IMG/VR virus record: IMGVR_UViG_3300037501_000151
Span: 1-30,465 of that record
Direction: 5' to 3' (one strand)
DNA from: a virus
Taxonomy: Duplodnaviria; Caudoviricetes
Length of the DNA: 30,465 nt
In this document: positions 8,922 to 16,632 of the stretch, in pieces
How positions within the stretch are numbered: the stretch's first letter is position 1
Layout of the letters: each line of letters starts with the position of its first letter
Position numbers and translations under genes: made by a program
The notes under the pieces: generated by a model
What the model was told of the DNA's origin: nothing
Databases searched by the model: none
The model's input: only the letters and a program-made list of their open reading frames with translations

Positions 8922-9905
8922 TTAAGACGTAGAGTATTGAAGAACCTTCCTCTCCACTTTCGGATGGAGAGGAGACCAGAAAACTTGATCGTATTCTGGA
9001 ATGATCCAGCGGGTGGGAACTTGAGATTCGCAGAGCATCCGATATTGGCAGCCTCCATATTCCGCACAGGCGGAGCCAAAGGCTTGAGAGAACCGGGCCT
9101 TCTCCACGCACTCGATCATCTCTTTTACTGTGTGATTGATTTCCTCGACCCAACGTTCGACTTGCCAGTCGGTTGCAAGAATAGCGAGCTCGGCGCACTT
9201 TATCTCCTTAGCCAAGATAGCCACGCCGCGGACAAGCGTTCCCTTTACGGGGATGTTGTGCTCCCTTGCCGCCCAGACGTAGCCGAGGAATTGTCCCCGG
9301 AGAGACCACTGATTCGCCCATTGTGCTCCAATTCCCCCGGTCGTTTTCTCGTCGGAGACGAAAATCATAGTTTCGTCTTGACCATAGATTCCGATTTGAT
9401 CCGGCTTGCCGCCGTAGAGGATCGGGTCGCCGGTGGAGGGATGGAGAATGGAAAGAGGAAGAGCGAAGGTGAACTCGACCATTCCCTTGTATGGGGTAAA
9501 GGGAGTTGTTGCGAGGGGATAGGCTTTTGTAAGGTAATAGGTAAGGGCGCGGGTAAGGGCCTCGGGAGATTTCTTTGCCTCAGAATCGGTCTTTGGAGAA
9601 AACTCCGCCTCGGGGGGAAATTCCGCGAGAGCGGCGGCAATTCCGAGGGCAAGAGAGTCTTCCTCAGATTTCCCCTCGATATAGAATTGGCGGCGGGAAA
9701 CCTCCAACCCCTTGGCGAAGGCGCTGCCGAAGGAGAGGTGAATTGACCCGCCCTTTTTTGGAGAAAGGTTATAGCAAAAGCGATAGAGCCATTTCGTGGG
9801 GCAAGCGCGAAAGGTGTCGATCTGTGTGAAGTCAATAAGGTCCGGCATCTTGAAAGAAGAGCCGGTTAGGTAACTAATCTCGCGGATAGTGGGGCCAGTA
9901 AGCAT
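8922..9905 (-). CDS. PD-(D/E)XK exonuclease, Cas4/AddB-like, with probable Fe-S cluster
   Basis: N-terminal ACPTKW cysteine, GSAF, GKPD, SDEKTT, QFLGY and C-terminal CAEYGGCQYRMLC (three more cysteines). GGAG RBS before ATG 9905. Confidence 0.85.
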   Translation of the reverse strand: MLTGPTIREISYLTGSSFKMPDLIDFTQIDTFRACPTKWLYRFCYNLSPKKGGSIHLSFGSAFAKGLEVSRRQFYIEGKSEEDSLALGIAAALAEFPPEAEFSPKTDSEAKKSPEALTRALTYYLTKAYPLATTPFTPYKGMVEFTFALPLSILHPSTGDPILYGGKPDQIGIYGQDETMIFVSDEKTTGGIGAQWANQWSLRGQFLGYVWAAREHNIPVKGTLVRGVAILAKEIKCAELAILATDWQVERWVEEINHTVKEMIECVEKARFSQAFGSACAEYGGCQYRMLCESQVPTRWIIPEYDQVFWSPLHPKVERKVLQYSTS

Positions 9906-9907
9906 TT

Positions 9908-10411
9908 TCAATCTCCATCAGGTACGAGTTTAAAGTCAGAGGGGGATGGTACTTCTTGCTTTTCGCGTTCCTCGGCAGAGAGGATTTGACGAAAGGCGTC
10001 GTCGCTTGGAACTGGATCAATGTGGAGGTGGATGCTGCCTTCCCCCTCCTCTTGGAGCTTTTTAAAAGTCTCCCGCATTATCTTAACTTCCGCCGTGGGG
10101 CGGTCAGAGGGAGATGCAAGTTGGATCGTCCAAGGGTCTTGAGGAGTCAAAGGAGGAATCGTTCGGATCTCGAAAAGATCAACCCGCCGGTAGAATAGTT
10201 TATCCGCCTCGGAGTCAACCCGGTAGAGTTTGCGGATGGAGGAGCGAAAGGAATAGAGGCGGAACCGAAAGTTCATCGCCTGGGATTTGGATTGGAAGTT
10301 GAAGTCTATAAAGCCCCGCTCGCCGGCGAGTTCGTATGCTTGAAAGAACTCGATCGGGAATTTAGAGGGGAGAGGAAGATTCTTCCCACCGTATTTTTGT
10401 TCATTGTTCAT
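9908..10411 (-). CDS. Hypothetical protein
   Basis: 167-aa ORF with GGAG RBS in operon context. Confidence 0.65.
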   Translation of the reverse strand: MNNEQKYGGKNLPLPSKFPIEFFQAYELAGERGFIDFNFQSKSQAMNFRFRLYSFRSSIRKLYRVDSEADKLFYRRVDLFEIRTIPPLTPQDPWTIQLASPSDRPTAEVKIMRETFKKLQEEGEGSIHLHIDPVPSDDAFRQILSAEEREKQEVPSPSDFKLVPDGD

Positions 10412-10853
10412 TGTTTTTAATCTCCTCTACCTTCGGGAAATAAAAACGCTCGCGCTGATTCGTTGATCTGTTCCATGTTACGAGGCAAGCGAACAGATAG
10501 TCGGCAAGGACGAAATCCGGCGTGTTGCTTCCATTCTCAAGACCATGCCGGTTAATCAGGCTGCGAAGTTCTTCGCGGAATTGTTCGGAAGGAAGTTGCT
10601 CCGCCTCCGGTGGCTTGCGCCAAGGCTCGCTATCTGTCGGTGTAGACTCTTTCTTCTCTGCGGGCCTCTGCTCAAGCGGCTCTACAAGTTCAGATTCATA
10701 CAACCACGCCTCGTACCGCTTCCCGTCCCGCCAGTACACGATATGGTAATCGTGCAGACCGTTTCCCCGGTCGCGGTGGGCGAGCACCATGAAGGTAAGC
10801 GCTTTAATGGCAACCTCATTGCCGATTTCAAACTTAAAGTCAACGCTGCTCAT
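10401..10853 (-). CDS. Hypothetical two-domain protein (small beta/SH3-like N-terminal part, helical C-terminal part)
   Basis: FKFEIGNEV...WLYESEL N-terminal part, a P/E/S-rich linker, then LINRHGLENGSNTPDFVLADYL; AGGAG RBS. Confidence 0.65.
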   Translation of the reverse strand: MSSVDFKFEIGNEVAIKALTFMVLAHRDRGNGLHDYHIVYWRDGKRYEAWLYESELVEPLEQRPAEKKESTPTDSEPWRKPPEAEQLPSEQFREELRSLINRHGLENGSNTPDFVLADYLFACLVTWNRSTNQRERFYFPKVEEIKNNEQ

Positions 10854-10979
10854 TATTCCTTCTCCTATATCTTGACGGGGGCCGATCTACTCGCAGTCAG
10901 CCAAGCTACCTGCTACGTCAGTCGTGAAACGATATATGACTCAACATTTGCGCGTGTTACCATCGCCGTTTCGGTTTTA

Positions 10980-11312
10980 TTAGAGCTTCAACCCGAGAAG
11001 TTCGTCGAGCCCGCCGGGGAGCTTCTCTCTCTTTTCTCCCCCGCCGCTTTTTATCTTCTTTGTTTTTGGAGAATCGAGGAAGATGCCACTCGTTCCCCGG
11101 CGGAGTCGGTTGATAATCTCTTTTATCTCCTCTATATTAACGGGGTCTTTAACAACATCTCCCCGCTCTTTTGCTTCCTTCTCGGAACGCAACCGGGCCA
11201 TTAACCTTTCAGCATCCACCACAGTTGCGAGTTCAGCAGCCTCTCTATTGAACTCGGCGGAGGAGAAATTAGGCGTGTTCGCGGAGTTCAGTAGTTGGTC
11301 GAGAGTGGTCAT
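10980..11312 (-). CDS. Hypothetical protein
   Basis: 110-aa ORF; ATGA overlap with the upstream gene; GGAGG RBS. Confidence 0.65.
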   Translation of the reverse strand: MTTLDQLLNSANTPNFSSAEFNREAAELATVVDAERLMARLRSEKEAKERGDVVKDPVNIEEIKEIINRLRRGTSGIFLDSPKTKKIKSGGGEKREKLPGGLDELLGLKL

Positions 11313-11560
11313 AGCGTTTTGCCTCCCCGGCGAAGATTCGGAAACATGGCTGGGATTTCAAGCTCTTCAAGTTTAACGAGGTCCACATTTTGCTCCTTGA
11401 TCCAACGAATAAGGAGTTCAGTTATGAGCTGCCCATATGCGTCATAGCGTGGCCCGCCAGTTATCGGGTCAGCAAGAAGTTTGTCAACGATATTAACAAC
11501 GCTGACGGGGATGCAGATATTCTTGCGAACCGGGCGGTCAGTCTGTTTTGGTCTTGGCAT
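11309..11560 (-). CDS. Putative ribbon-helix-helix DNA-binding protein
   Basis: MPRPK basic arm, alternating strand VRKNICIP, then two helices (VSVVNIVDKLL; YGQLITELLIRW). GAGG RBS before ATG 11560. Confidence 0.55.
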   Translation of the reverse strand: MPRPKQTDRPVRKNICIPVSVVNIVDKLLADPITGGPRYDAYGQLITELLIRWIKEQNVDLVKLEELEIPAMFPNLRRGGKTL

Positions 11561-11675
11561 TTGGTTTGTCCTCAATTATGTGATCGAAAAAGAGGGCGCG
11601 GAGAAAGACACAAGTGAGAAGCCCCGCCGACCAAAAGATAAAGAGGAAAAGAAAAAGATGTATTTCGTCTTGCAT
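11538..11675 (-). CDS. 45-aa single-pass membrane protein
   Basis: Manual translation: MQDEIHLFLFLFIFWSAGLLTCVFLRALFFDHIIEDKPNAKTKTD. GGAG RBS; fills the operon gap; below the ORF-track cutoff. Confidence 0.55.
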   Translation of the reverse strand: MQDEIHLFLFLFIFWSAGLLTCVFLRALFFDHIIEDKPNAKTKTD

Positions 11676-11676
11676 T

Positions 11677-11916
11677 TTAAATCTCCATCTCGTTTGTCAT
11701 CTCGGTAAGAAGATCAAGCAGCCGGGGACAGTGCTTTGCAGAGGGAGTGATGCACTCCCACAAACGCTCAATGGCGTTTCCTTCTCCATATGGGTGATGC
11801 TCCTCGAAAGAATGCGAGTATCTGCACTCGTAGAGGGTGTCGCAGAGGGACGAACAAAAGGAACGGTGACTCAGCATTTTCTCGTAGAGAAGATCAAGTG
11901 TTCCGCTTGGTGACAT
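11677..11916 (-). CDS. Hypothetical Cys/His-rich protein
   Basis: 79-aa ORF with AAGGAG RBS and five cysteines. Confidence 0.55.
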   Translation of the reverse strand: MSPSGTLDLLYEKMLSHRSFCSSLCDTLYECRYSHSFEEHHPYGEGNAIERLWECITPSAKHCPRLLDLLTEMTNEMEI

Positions 11917-11958
11917 TGAGTGCTCCTTTCAGTGTGTTGGTGAGAGATATAAAAGATG

Positions 11959-12008
11959 CGGCTTTTTATGCGCCTTTTTCATGAGGATAAAAGGCGCATA
12001 AAAAGCCG
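11959..12008 (-). terminator. Perfect 20-bp inverted repeat, terminator-like or RNA-processing hairpin
   Basis: CGGCTTTTTATGCGCCTTTT-N10-AAAAGGCGCATAAAAAGCCG, followed on the minus strand by CATCTTTTAT. Confidence 0.6.
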
Positions 12009-12088
12009 AGGGGCGTTCCGCGAAGAACTGCCCCTCGGAAAGATCCGGCCCAGAGAGTTGGAGGGGAGTGAGCCGGATCGCATCGGAT

Positions 12089-12123
12089 TTCGAGATTCGA
12101 GATTCGAGATTCGAGATTCGAGA
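12089..12123. repeat. Tandem heptamer (TTCGAGA)x5
   Basis: Five exact copies directly abutting the stop codon at 12124-12126. Confidence 0.95.
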
Positions 12124-12666
12124 TTAAGCGGCTTCCCGCTCGTCCTCGTCCTCGTCCTCTTCCAGGGCCGCGCCCGCGAGGAGAGATTCGATGGAGTCCT
12201 CTTCCTTGCCGGAGAGCTCGCGCATCGCATCCTGAATCTCGCGAACCTTTCGGATGCGATTCAGAACTTTGCGCTTCTTCTTGGCCGTCTCCTCGTCGTC
12301 GTCCTCGAGAACGACGAAGGGTTCCAAGGCGGCCTTCGCCGCCTCTTCCGAAATCCCCTTCACCTTGGCAAGGGCTTTTACCAAAAGGGCGAACCCGCGG
12401 GGAGCGCCGCCGACGGCGACCTTGCGGAAGATGCCCTGGAGAAGGGCGTTCCAGCGCTCCCGGGTGATCTTCATCACCTCCGCGATGTCCTTCACACCAG
12501 AATGTGGGTCGGATAGAGCCTGGCGGACACCGTATCGATAAAGGTAAGTAGTCGCGGATTGGGGAAGCTGGCCCACGTCGAACTCCAGAACCTCGCCGGT
12601 CGAAAAGACCTTTTTGAGAACGGTAGAGTCGTCGGGCCACTCATAGTGATAAGAGCCTCGCGGCAT
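12124..12666 (-). CDS. Hypothetical protein with acidic tail; paralog of 15312..15872
   Basis: AGGAG RBS before ATG 12666; consensus promoter upstream; shared residue pattern with 15312..15872. Confidence 0.8.
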   Translation of the reverse strand: MPRGSYHYEWPDDSTVLKKVFSTGEVLEFDVGQLPQSATTYLYRYGVRQALSDPHSGVKDIAEVMKITRERWNALLQGIFRKVAVGGAPRGFALLVKALAKVKGISEEAAKAALEPFVVLEDDDEETAKKKRKVLNRIRKVREIQDAMRELSGKEEDSIESLLAGAALEEDEDEDEREAA

Positions 12667-12750
12667 GATATGTCTCCTGAAAGAAAATGTCCGGTGATAG
12701 GTTAAGGGTAGATGTTGGATAGAGACCGGACGCACTATTCAACAATTCGC

Positions 12751-12779
12751 ATTATATATGAAAAGGGTGAGGTTGTCAA
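12751..12779 (-). promoter_or_regulatory. Perfect sigma70 consensus promoter
   Basis: Minus strand TTGACA-17 nt-TATAAT, with an A-rich UP-like tract upstream. Confidence 0.9.
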
Positions 12780-12804
12780 TGGGTTTGGAAAATTTTTTTC
12801 GATC

Positions 12805-13200
12805 TCACTTTTTAATGGTGTTCTCGGAGGGCGAAATCCGAGGTGGATGCCGCCGGGGGATGTGTTTCTTGATTACTCGACCCGGCTTTCCTCCGGCGAG
12901 AGGCGCGCCTTGGTGGGAGTAGAACTCCATCAGGTACTCGCGGGGGCCAACCCGATATACAAAGAGATCTCGGTTATTTTTGCCGGGCCGAGACCCGACG
13001 AGGGTTATGACGCGGGCGCCTTCGCAGAGGTAGTAAAGAGTTGCGCTGATACAGTTTCTCGAGATGTGAGGGAGAAGATCGTGGATGAGGGTCGAGTCAA
13101 TAAGGTCCCCTTCTTCCGCGATTTCGAGGATCATCGCGGTGACGATTGAGGATTTTGATGTTGGATTGCGCCGGGGATTGGATCTGTGATATTTACACAC
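12805..13200 (-). CDS. Putative winged-helix DNA-binding protein
   Basis: LIDSTLIHDLLPHISRNCISATLYYL followed by a beta hairpin (VITLVG...VYRV). Start uncertain: GTG 13200 with GGAG RBS, or TTG 13215. Confidence 0.5.
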   Translation of the reverse strand: MCKYHRSNPRRNPTSKSSIVTAMILEIAEEGDLIDSTLIHDLLPHISRNCISATLYYLCEGARVITLVGSRPGKNNRDLFVYRVGPREYLMEFYSHQGAPLAGGKPGRVIKKHIPRRHPPRISPSENTIKK

Positions 13201-13202
13201 AG

Positions 13203-13388
13203 CTATTTTCTCCAATAAGATTGAAGTTGCTCGTACATCCTTTTCTGAACACAGGCTTCTTCCCGCGTCCGGGGGGAGAGCATTGAGATGCGATGAAGTA
13301 GAGAGAGATGAGAGCCTTGCTGCTTTTCATGCTGAGAGGGGGGGATGCCTGTGCCCAAATCGGGGCGAGGATTTTTTATGAGTTTCAT
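13203..13388 (-). CDS. Hypothetical protein
   Basis: ATG 13388 with GGAG RBS and ATGA coupling to the upstream ORF. Confidence 0.5.
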   Translation of the reverse strand: MKLIKNPRPDLGTGIPPSQHEKQQGSHLSLLHRISMLSPRTREEACVQKRMYEQLQSYWRK

Positions 13389-13501
13389 TTTCGTCTCCAT
13401 TCCGCCCAGTCGGTTTCCCTTTTCGGTTGCGTCTCTGTTATCATAAAGCCTCTTGACTTCCCTGGATTTGCCAAGCCCGGCAAGATAGTTCGAGATGTCA
13501 T
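13385..13501 (-). CDS. 38-aa hypothetical peptide
   Basis: MTSRTILPGLANPGKSRGFMITETQPKRETDWAEWRRK; ATGA overlaps at both ends; GGAGG RBS. Confidence 0.5.
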   Translation of the reverse strand: MTSRTILPGLANPGKSRGFMITETQPKRETDWAEWRRK

Positions 13502-14139
13502 TCGTCCTCCATTTTCCGCCGGGTGATCTCGCCGGCGACGGTTAAGATTGCGTTTACAAGTTCGTCTGCTTCTTTATCTTCGATATCCGAGCGACTCGGA
13601 GATTCGGAAGCGGACGGCTTTTCGACGGTGGGAGAAAGCTCCTCGCAGAAGAAAGGGAGCTGAGTCGGCCAGCCCGATGTTGAATCGAGAGCGACCTCAT
13701 CTCCGGGGGTGAACGGGTCTCGTATAGAGGGAAGGAGATTCGGAAGGCATTTGTGGCAAAATGCGACTTCACGAGAGGTCTCAATGAACTCGCCGGGAAG
13801 AGATCGACATGGAAGGAAGGCGAGTTCCAGCTTGTAGAGTTTCGTCCGGGCTCCCTTTCCGTGGACTTTGCGGTATCGGATGAAGGGGCCGGCGGATGTT
13901 GCTTCCCCCTCAAACCCGCAACAGGTACAATGAGAGCGGGAGAGAATGACGACATTTGAGACCGGCTCCCAAACATTGTCCTCGGAAACGGGCTCCGATT
14001 GGGTTCCGATTGATAGGAGATCGTCAAGTTGCTGGATAACGGAACGTTTTGCTTTCCGTTTTTCCTGATGCGAACTGCGTCTCGCCGGGGGTTCGAGAAC
14101 TCCCGCGAGCAGTTTATCGAGAATATTTGAATCGGTCAT
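13498..14139 (-). CDS. Hypothetical zinc-binding protein
   Basis: CTCCG and FCHKC cysteine pairs; GGAG RBS before ATG 14139. Confidence 0.65.
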   Translation of the reverse strand: MTDSNILDKLLAGVLEPPARRSSHQEKRKAKRSVIQQLDDLLSIGTQSEPVSEDNVWEPVSNVVILSRSHCTCCGFEGEATSAGPFIRYRKVHGKGARTKLYKLELAFLPCRSLPGEFIETSREVAFCHKCLPNLLPSIRDPFTPGDEVALDSTSGWPTQLPFFCEELSPTVEKPSASESPSRSDIEDKEADELVNAILTVAGEITRRKMEDE

Positions 14140-14259
14140 AATTAATTCTCCATCATATGAGGAAGCTGAGTTGAGCCTTCTGACGCGAGATCGTTGTATT
14201 CTTATCGAGGCCGCATTCGCGGCCGGCCTCAACCTGGGCGATCAAATTATCACTTTGCA

Positions 14260-14499
14260 TTAGAGCACCTTTATCCTTCCGCCGGTGGAAATGATCTGGG
14301 CGAACCAAGACCTTTTCGGATGGTTCGTACAGACGAAACTGACGCCGGAAGGGATTTCATCTCCCCGGTAAGAGCGGGGATTGAAAATAGAAGGGTCACG
14401 AAAATAGACGGATTCCGGGGATTCGAGCATTGCTTCTTTTAATTGTTTCTTGCTCTTGAAGGACTCGCCGGTTGAGATCATTTGTGCGATATGTGTCAT
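14260..14499 (-). CDS. Small hypothetical early protein
   Basis: 79-aa ORF MTHIAQ...RIKVL; GGAG RBS; promoter-like sequence upstream. Confidence 0.65.
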   Translation of the reverse strand: MTHIAQMISTGESFKSKKQLKEAMLESPESVYFRDPSIFNPRSYRGDEIPSGVSFVCTNHPKRSWFAQIISTGGRIKVL

Positions 14500-14566
14500 T
14501 GGAAAGTGTCTCCGGATAAAGTAAGGGTTTTTGCATCTGCCCGGTAATGGTGCCCGGGCCATTATC

Positions 14567-14596
14567 ACGATAACATATAATAATTCCCCTTGTCAA
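14567..14596 (-). promoter_or_regulatory. Putative sigma70 promoter
   Basis: TTGACA-18 nt-TATCGT with an extended -10 TG. Confidence 0.5.
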
Positions 14597-14605
14597 GTGG
14601 ATAGT

Positions 14606-14709
14606 GATCGAGATCGAGTCGAGATCGAGTGTTGAGAATAGATTTGGATTTGAAATCCGAGTTCGCAATTCGAATTCGAACTCGGATTGCGAATTCGAAC
14701 TCGGATTCG
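14606..14709. repeat. TCGA-rich cluster of direct and inverted repeats
   Basis: GATCGA/TCGAG iterations at 14606-14630; CGAATTCGAACTCGGATT at 14671-14688 and 14690-14707; inverted partial copy AATCCGAGTTCG at 14654-14665. Confidence 0.85.
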
Positions 14710-14763
14710 TAACTTTGTATATGCATTCCGTGTGTGTCCTGTGTGGTATGAATGTGTCTGTAA

Positions 14764-15100
14764 TGTGCATAAAATGTGTATCAAATGTAGACCCCGTAAC
14801 CCCGAATAACCCCGAATGCCACCGAGTTTTGTGAGTTGGAAGATTCCCCCCCCCTCTTTTGGAAAAGGGGATAAAGTGAGCATTGTATCTTCGAGGGCTT
14901 GAAAAATACATTGCGCATTATATCTTTTTAAAAAAAAAATATAAAGAGAGGATAGTAGTACGGTGGGGCTACCCTGAAAGGGTTAAATGCGCAAGGAAAG
15001 GGAAAAAAGGGGGGGGGAGAATGTCTAATTCACAAAACTCGGTGGTATTCAAAGTTACTCGGGGTTACGGAATCTACATTTGATGCACATTTGATACACA
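14764..15100. repeat. Imperfect inverted repeat with arms of about 95 bp around an AT-rich core
   Basis: Left arm ~14764-14860 (TCAAATGTAGaccCCGTAACCCCGA...CCACCGAGTTTTGTGA...C-run) matches the reverse complement of ~15005-15100. Confidence 0.9.
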
Positions 15101-15234
15101 CTATAGCCACATTATGATTACACCGGCGACACACAAGATTCATACGGCTGCACACACGGGAGGATACAAGGAAAAGGGTAAAGCGCACCATTTATTCGAG
15201 GGTTAATTGCGCAGAATTGCTGGCTTCTATAAAG

Positions 15235-15259
15235 GAGCTGCCCGCCATGCGGGCAGCTC
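15235..15259. repeat. GC-CAW-GC triloop hairpin, copy 1
   Basis: GAGCTGCCCGC-CAT-GCGGGCAGCTC, perfect 11-bp stem. Confidence 0.85.
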
Positions 15260-15264
15260 TCGGA

Positions 15265-15300
15265 ACAAAAGAATCCCGGTATCCCAAAAGGGATACCGGG
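15265..15300 (-). terminator. Intrinsic terminator
   Basis: CCCGGTATCCC-TTTT-GGGATACCGGG followed by ATTCTTTTGTT, 11 nt after the stop at 15312. Confidence 0.8.
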
Positions 15301-15311
15301 AGTTGAAATTG

Positions 15312-15872
15312 CTACTCTTTCTTGGCGAACTCCGCCGCCAGCTGATCCAAAGCGCCGAGAACATCCGGCGCTTTTTTCGCGGACAACAGGCCCGCTTTTT
15401 CTAAATACTCCCGGACGCCCGGGACTTCCAGTACCTGACGCAGTTTCGCGCTGTCCTTCCGGCCGTCCTCGCCCTTTGGCGCATATTGCGCGAAGAACTT
15501 AGCGCACTTGTCGCGGTTCTTCCCGAAGGCCGCGATGACCTTCGGCGCTGTCATCAACGCATCAATATACTTGTCCCAGGGGATGTCGAGGAGTTTTTCG
15601 CGCTTTTCGCCGGTTCCCCGGCGATCCCAGACGCCGGACAATAGGGATTTCCAGGCGTCGCGGGCAAGCTCACGCGACTTCGTTATGTCGCGCTCGCCGG
15701 CATGACAATCATGCAGTTTCGCATGTAACCGCGAAACTGCGAGGAACCCTCGCATTGCCGGCGTCAATTCATTTCCGTCGAACCGGTCGACGACGCCGTT
15801 TGACCAGTTCACAGTAAGGACGAAACCCCCGTCCTTATCAACTTCAACCGACGATTTCTGCTTTGTTGCCAT
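15312..15872 (-). CDS. Hypothetical early protein; paralog of 12124..12666
   Basis: GAGGGG RBS before ATG 15872; own promoter and terminator. Confidence 0.8.
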   Translation of the reverse strand: MATKQKSSVEVDKDGGFVLTVNWSNGVVDRFDGNELTPAMRGFLAVSRLHAKLHDCHAGERDITKSRELARDAWKSLLSGVWDRRGTGEKREKLLDIPWDKYIDALMTAPKVIAAFGKNRDKCAKFFAQYAPKGEDGRKDSAKLRQVLEVPGVREYLEKAGLLSAKKAPDVLGALDQLAAEFAKKE

Positions 15873-15918
15873 AGTACCCCTCAGAGTGAAAACCGGGAGC
15901 CGCCCGGCGCGGTAAAGT

Positions 15919-16012
15919 AAATATAGGTCAAGTCTTTCCAAAATACAATGCGCAAAGTATATCCCAAAGGGGATATTGACTCCAGAGAGCCGCACGCCAA
16001 GCGTGCGGCTCT
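15919..16012 (-). promoter_or_regulatory. Repeated early promoter cassette A (sigma70 promoter, ATCCC-AAAG-GGGAT palindrome, triloop hairpin copy 2)
   Basis: Minus strand TTGTAT(15948-15943)-17 nt-TATATT(15925-15920); hairpin AGAGCCGCACGC-CAA-GCGTGCGGCTCT at 15986-16012; near-identical to 16633-16724. Confidence 0.8.
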
Positions 16013-16029
16013 TCGGATGACAGTGTTCT

Positions 16030-16449
16030 TCACGCAGCCGCCTTCACGAAACCGACGTGCCGGAACACGTTGGTTTTTTGGACACTGCCATCTGGCAGCG
16101 TCTTTTCGACGCTCTCGCGCACAGAAAACGCATAGACCGGCTCGATGCCCTGGTCGCGCAGGGCAGATTCGAGCGACGCCATAAGATACGGCGCGCCGCC
16201 GATCATGGCTTGCAGGGCAAACCCACCCCGGTCATTGTCGGCTCCGTCAACTTCCTCGGCACGGTCGGCGATTAGTGCCGCCATTGTAGCGATGTCGTAC
16301 GCCCGGCTGCGGATTTCCTCGACGCTGGGGATAGCGTCGAAGGTGAGTAGCGCGGCCAGATCGCCGCGCAGGTTCGGCGGCAGGTCAAACACGCCCGCCG
16401 CAACTTGTTCTGGCGTGGCGAGGTGCTGGGTAAGATTGATAATGCTCAT
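16030..16449 (-). CDS. Stand-alone CARF-like protein resembling Csx20/Crn1-type ring nucleases
   Basis: N-terminal INLTQHxxTPEQ, central AMIGGAPYLM, C-terminal GIEPVYAFSVRESVE...DGSVQKTNVFRHVGF, matching my recollection of the Csx20 pattern. AGGAG RBS before ATG 16449. Confidence 0.6.
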   Translation of the reverse strand: MSIINLTQHLATPEQVAAGVFDLPPNLRGDLAALLTFDAIPSVEEIRSRAYDIATMAALIADRAEEVDGADNDRGGFALQAMIGGAPYLMASLESALRDQGIEPVYAFSVRESVEKTLPDGSVQKTNVFRHVGFVKAAA

Positions 16450-16450
16450 A

Positions 16451-16627
16451 TTATCTCCTGATTTTTGCGGCAAGCGCCGCAAAGCTGCCCGTTACGCAGT
16501 CGCAGCCGCCGAACACGTCGGCGTGGAAGCCCCGGCCGGGCCAAACTGTCTCCGGCTGGCCTTCGATTGGGGTGAAGCGCGCTTTCTTTTCGCGCGTTTC
16601 GTAGTTGCCTTGCCATCCGTATGTCAT
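16451..16627 (-). CDS. Small hypothetical protein, possibly leaderless
   Basis: ATG 16627 lies 6 nt after the -10 box of cassette B; stop abuts the next start. Confidence 0.4.
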   Translation of the reverse strand: MTYGWQGNYETREKKARFTPIEGQPETVWPGRGFHADVFGGCDCVTGSFAALAAKIRR

Positions 16628-16632
16628 GGGGT

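Noticed and set aside
8730-9746. 338-aa plus-strand ORF (also 6014..6715 +)
   Set aside because: Antisense shadows of well-supported minus-strand genes, with no recognisable motifs.
8922-9905. Cas4 as part of a CRISPR-Cas system
   Set aside because: No cas1, cas2 or array; it sits in the usual phage exonuclease-Sak4-SSB recombination module.
10854-10979. Possible tRNA or ncRNA in the intergenic gap
   Set aside because: No cloverleaf, T-loop or convincing stems found by eye.
11966-12640. ORFs with ISNLES/RDSRFE repeats
   Set aside because: Alternative-frame read-through of the (TTCGAGA)x5 DNA repeat, overlapping the better-supported 12124..12666 gene.
14396-15083. ORFs across the repeat and inverted-repeat region
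   Set aside because: Low-complexity translations of DNA repeats without convincing RBSs.
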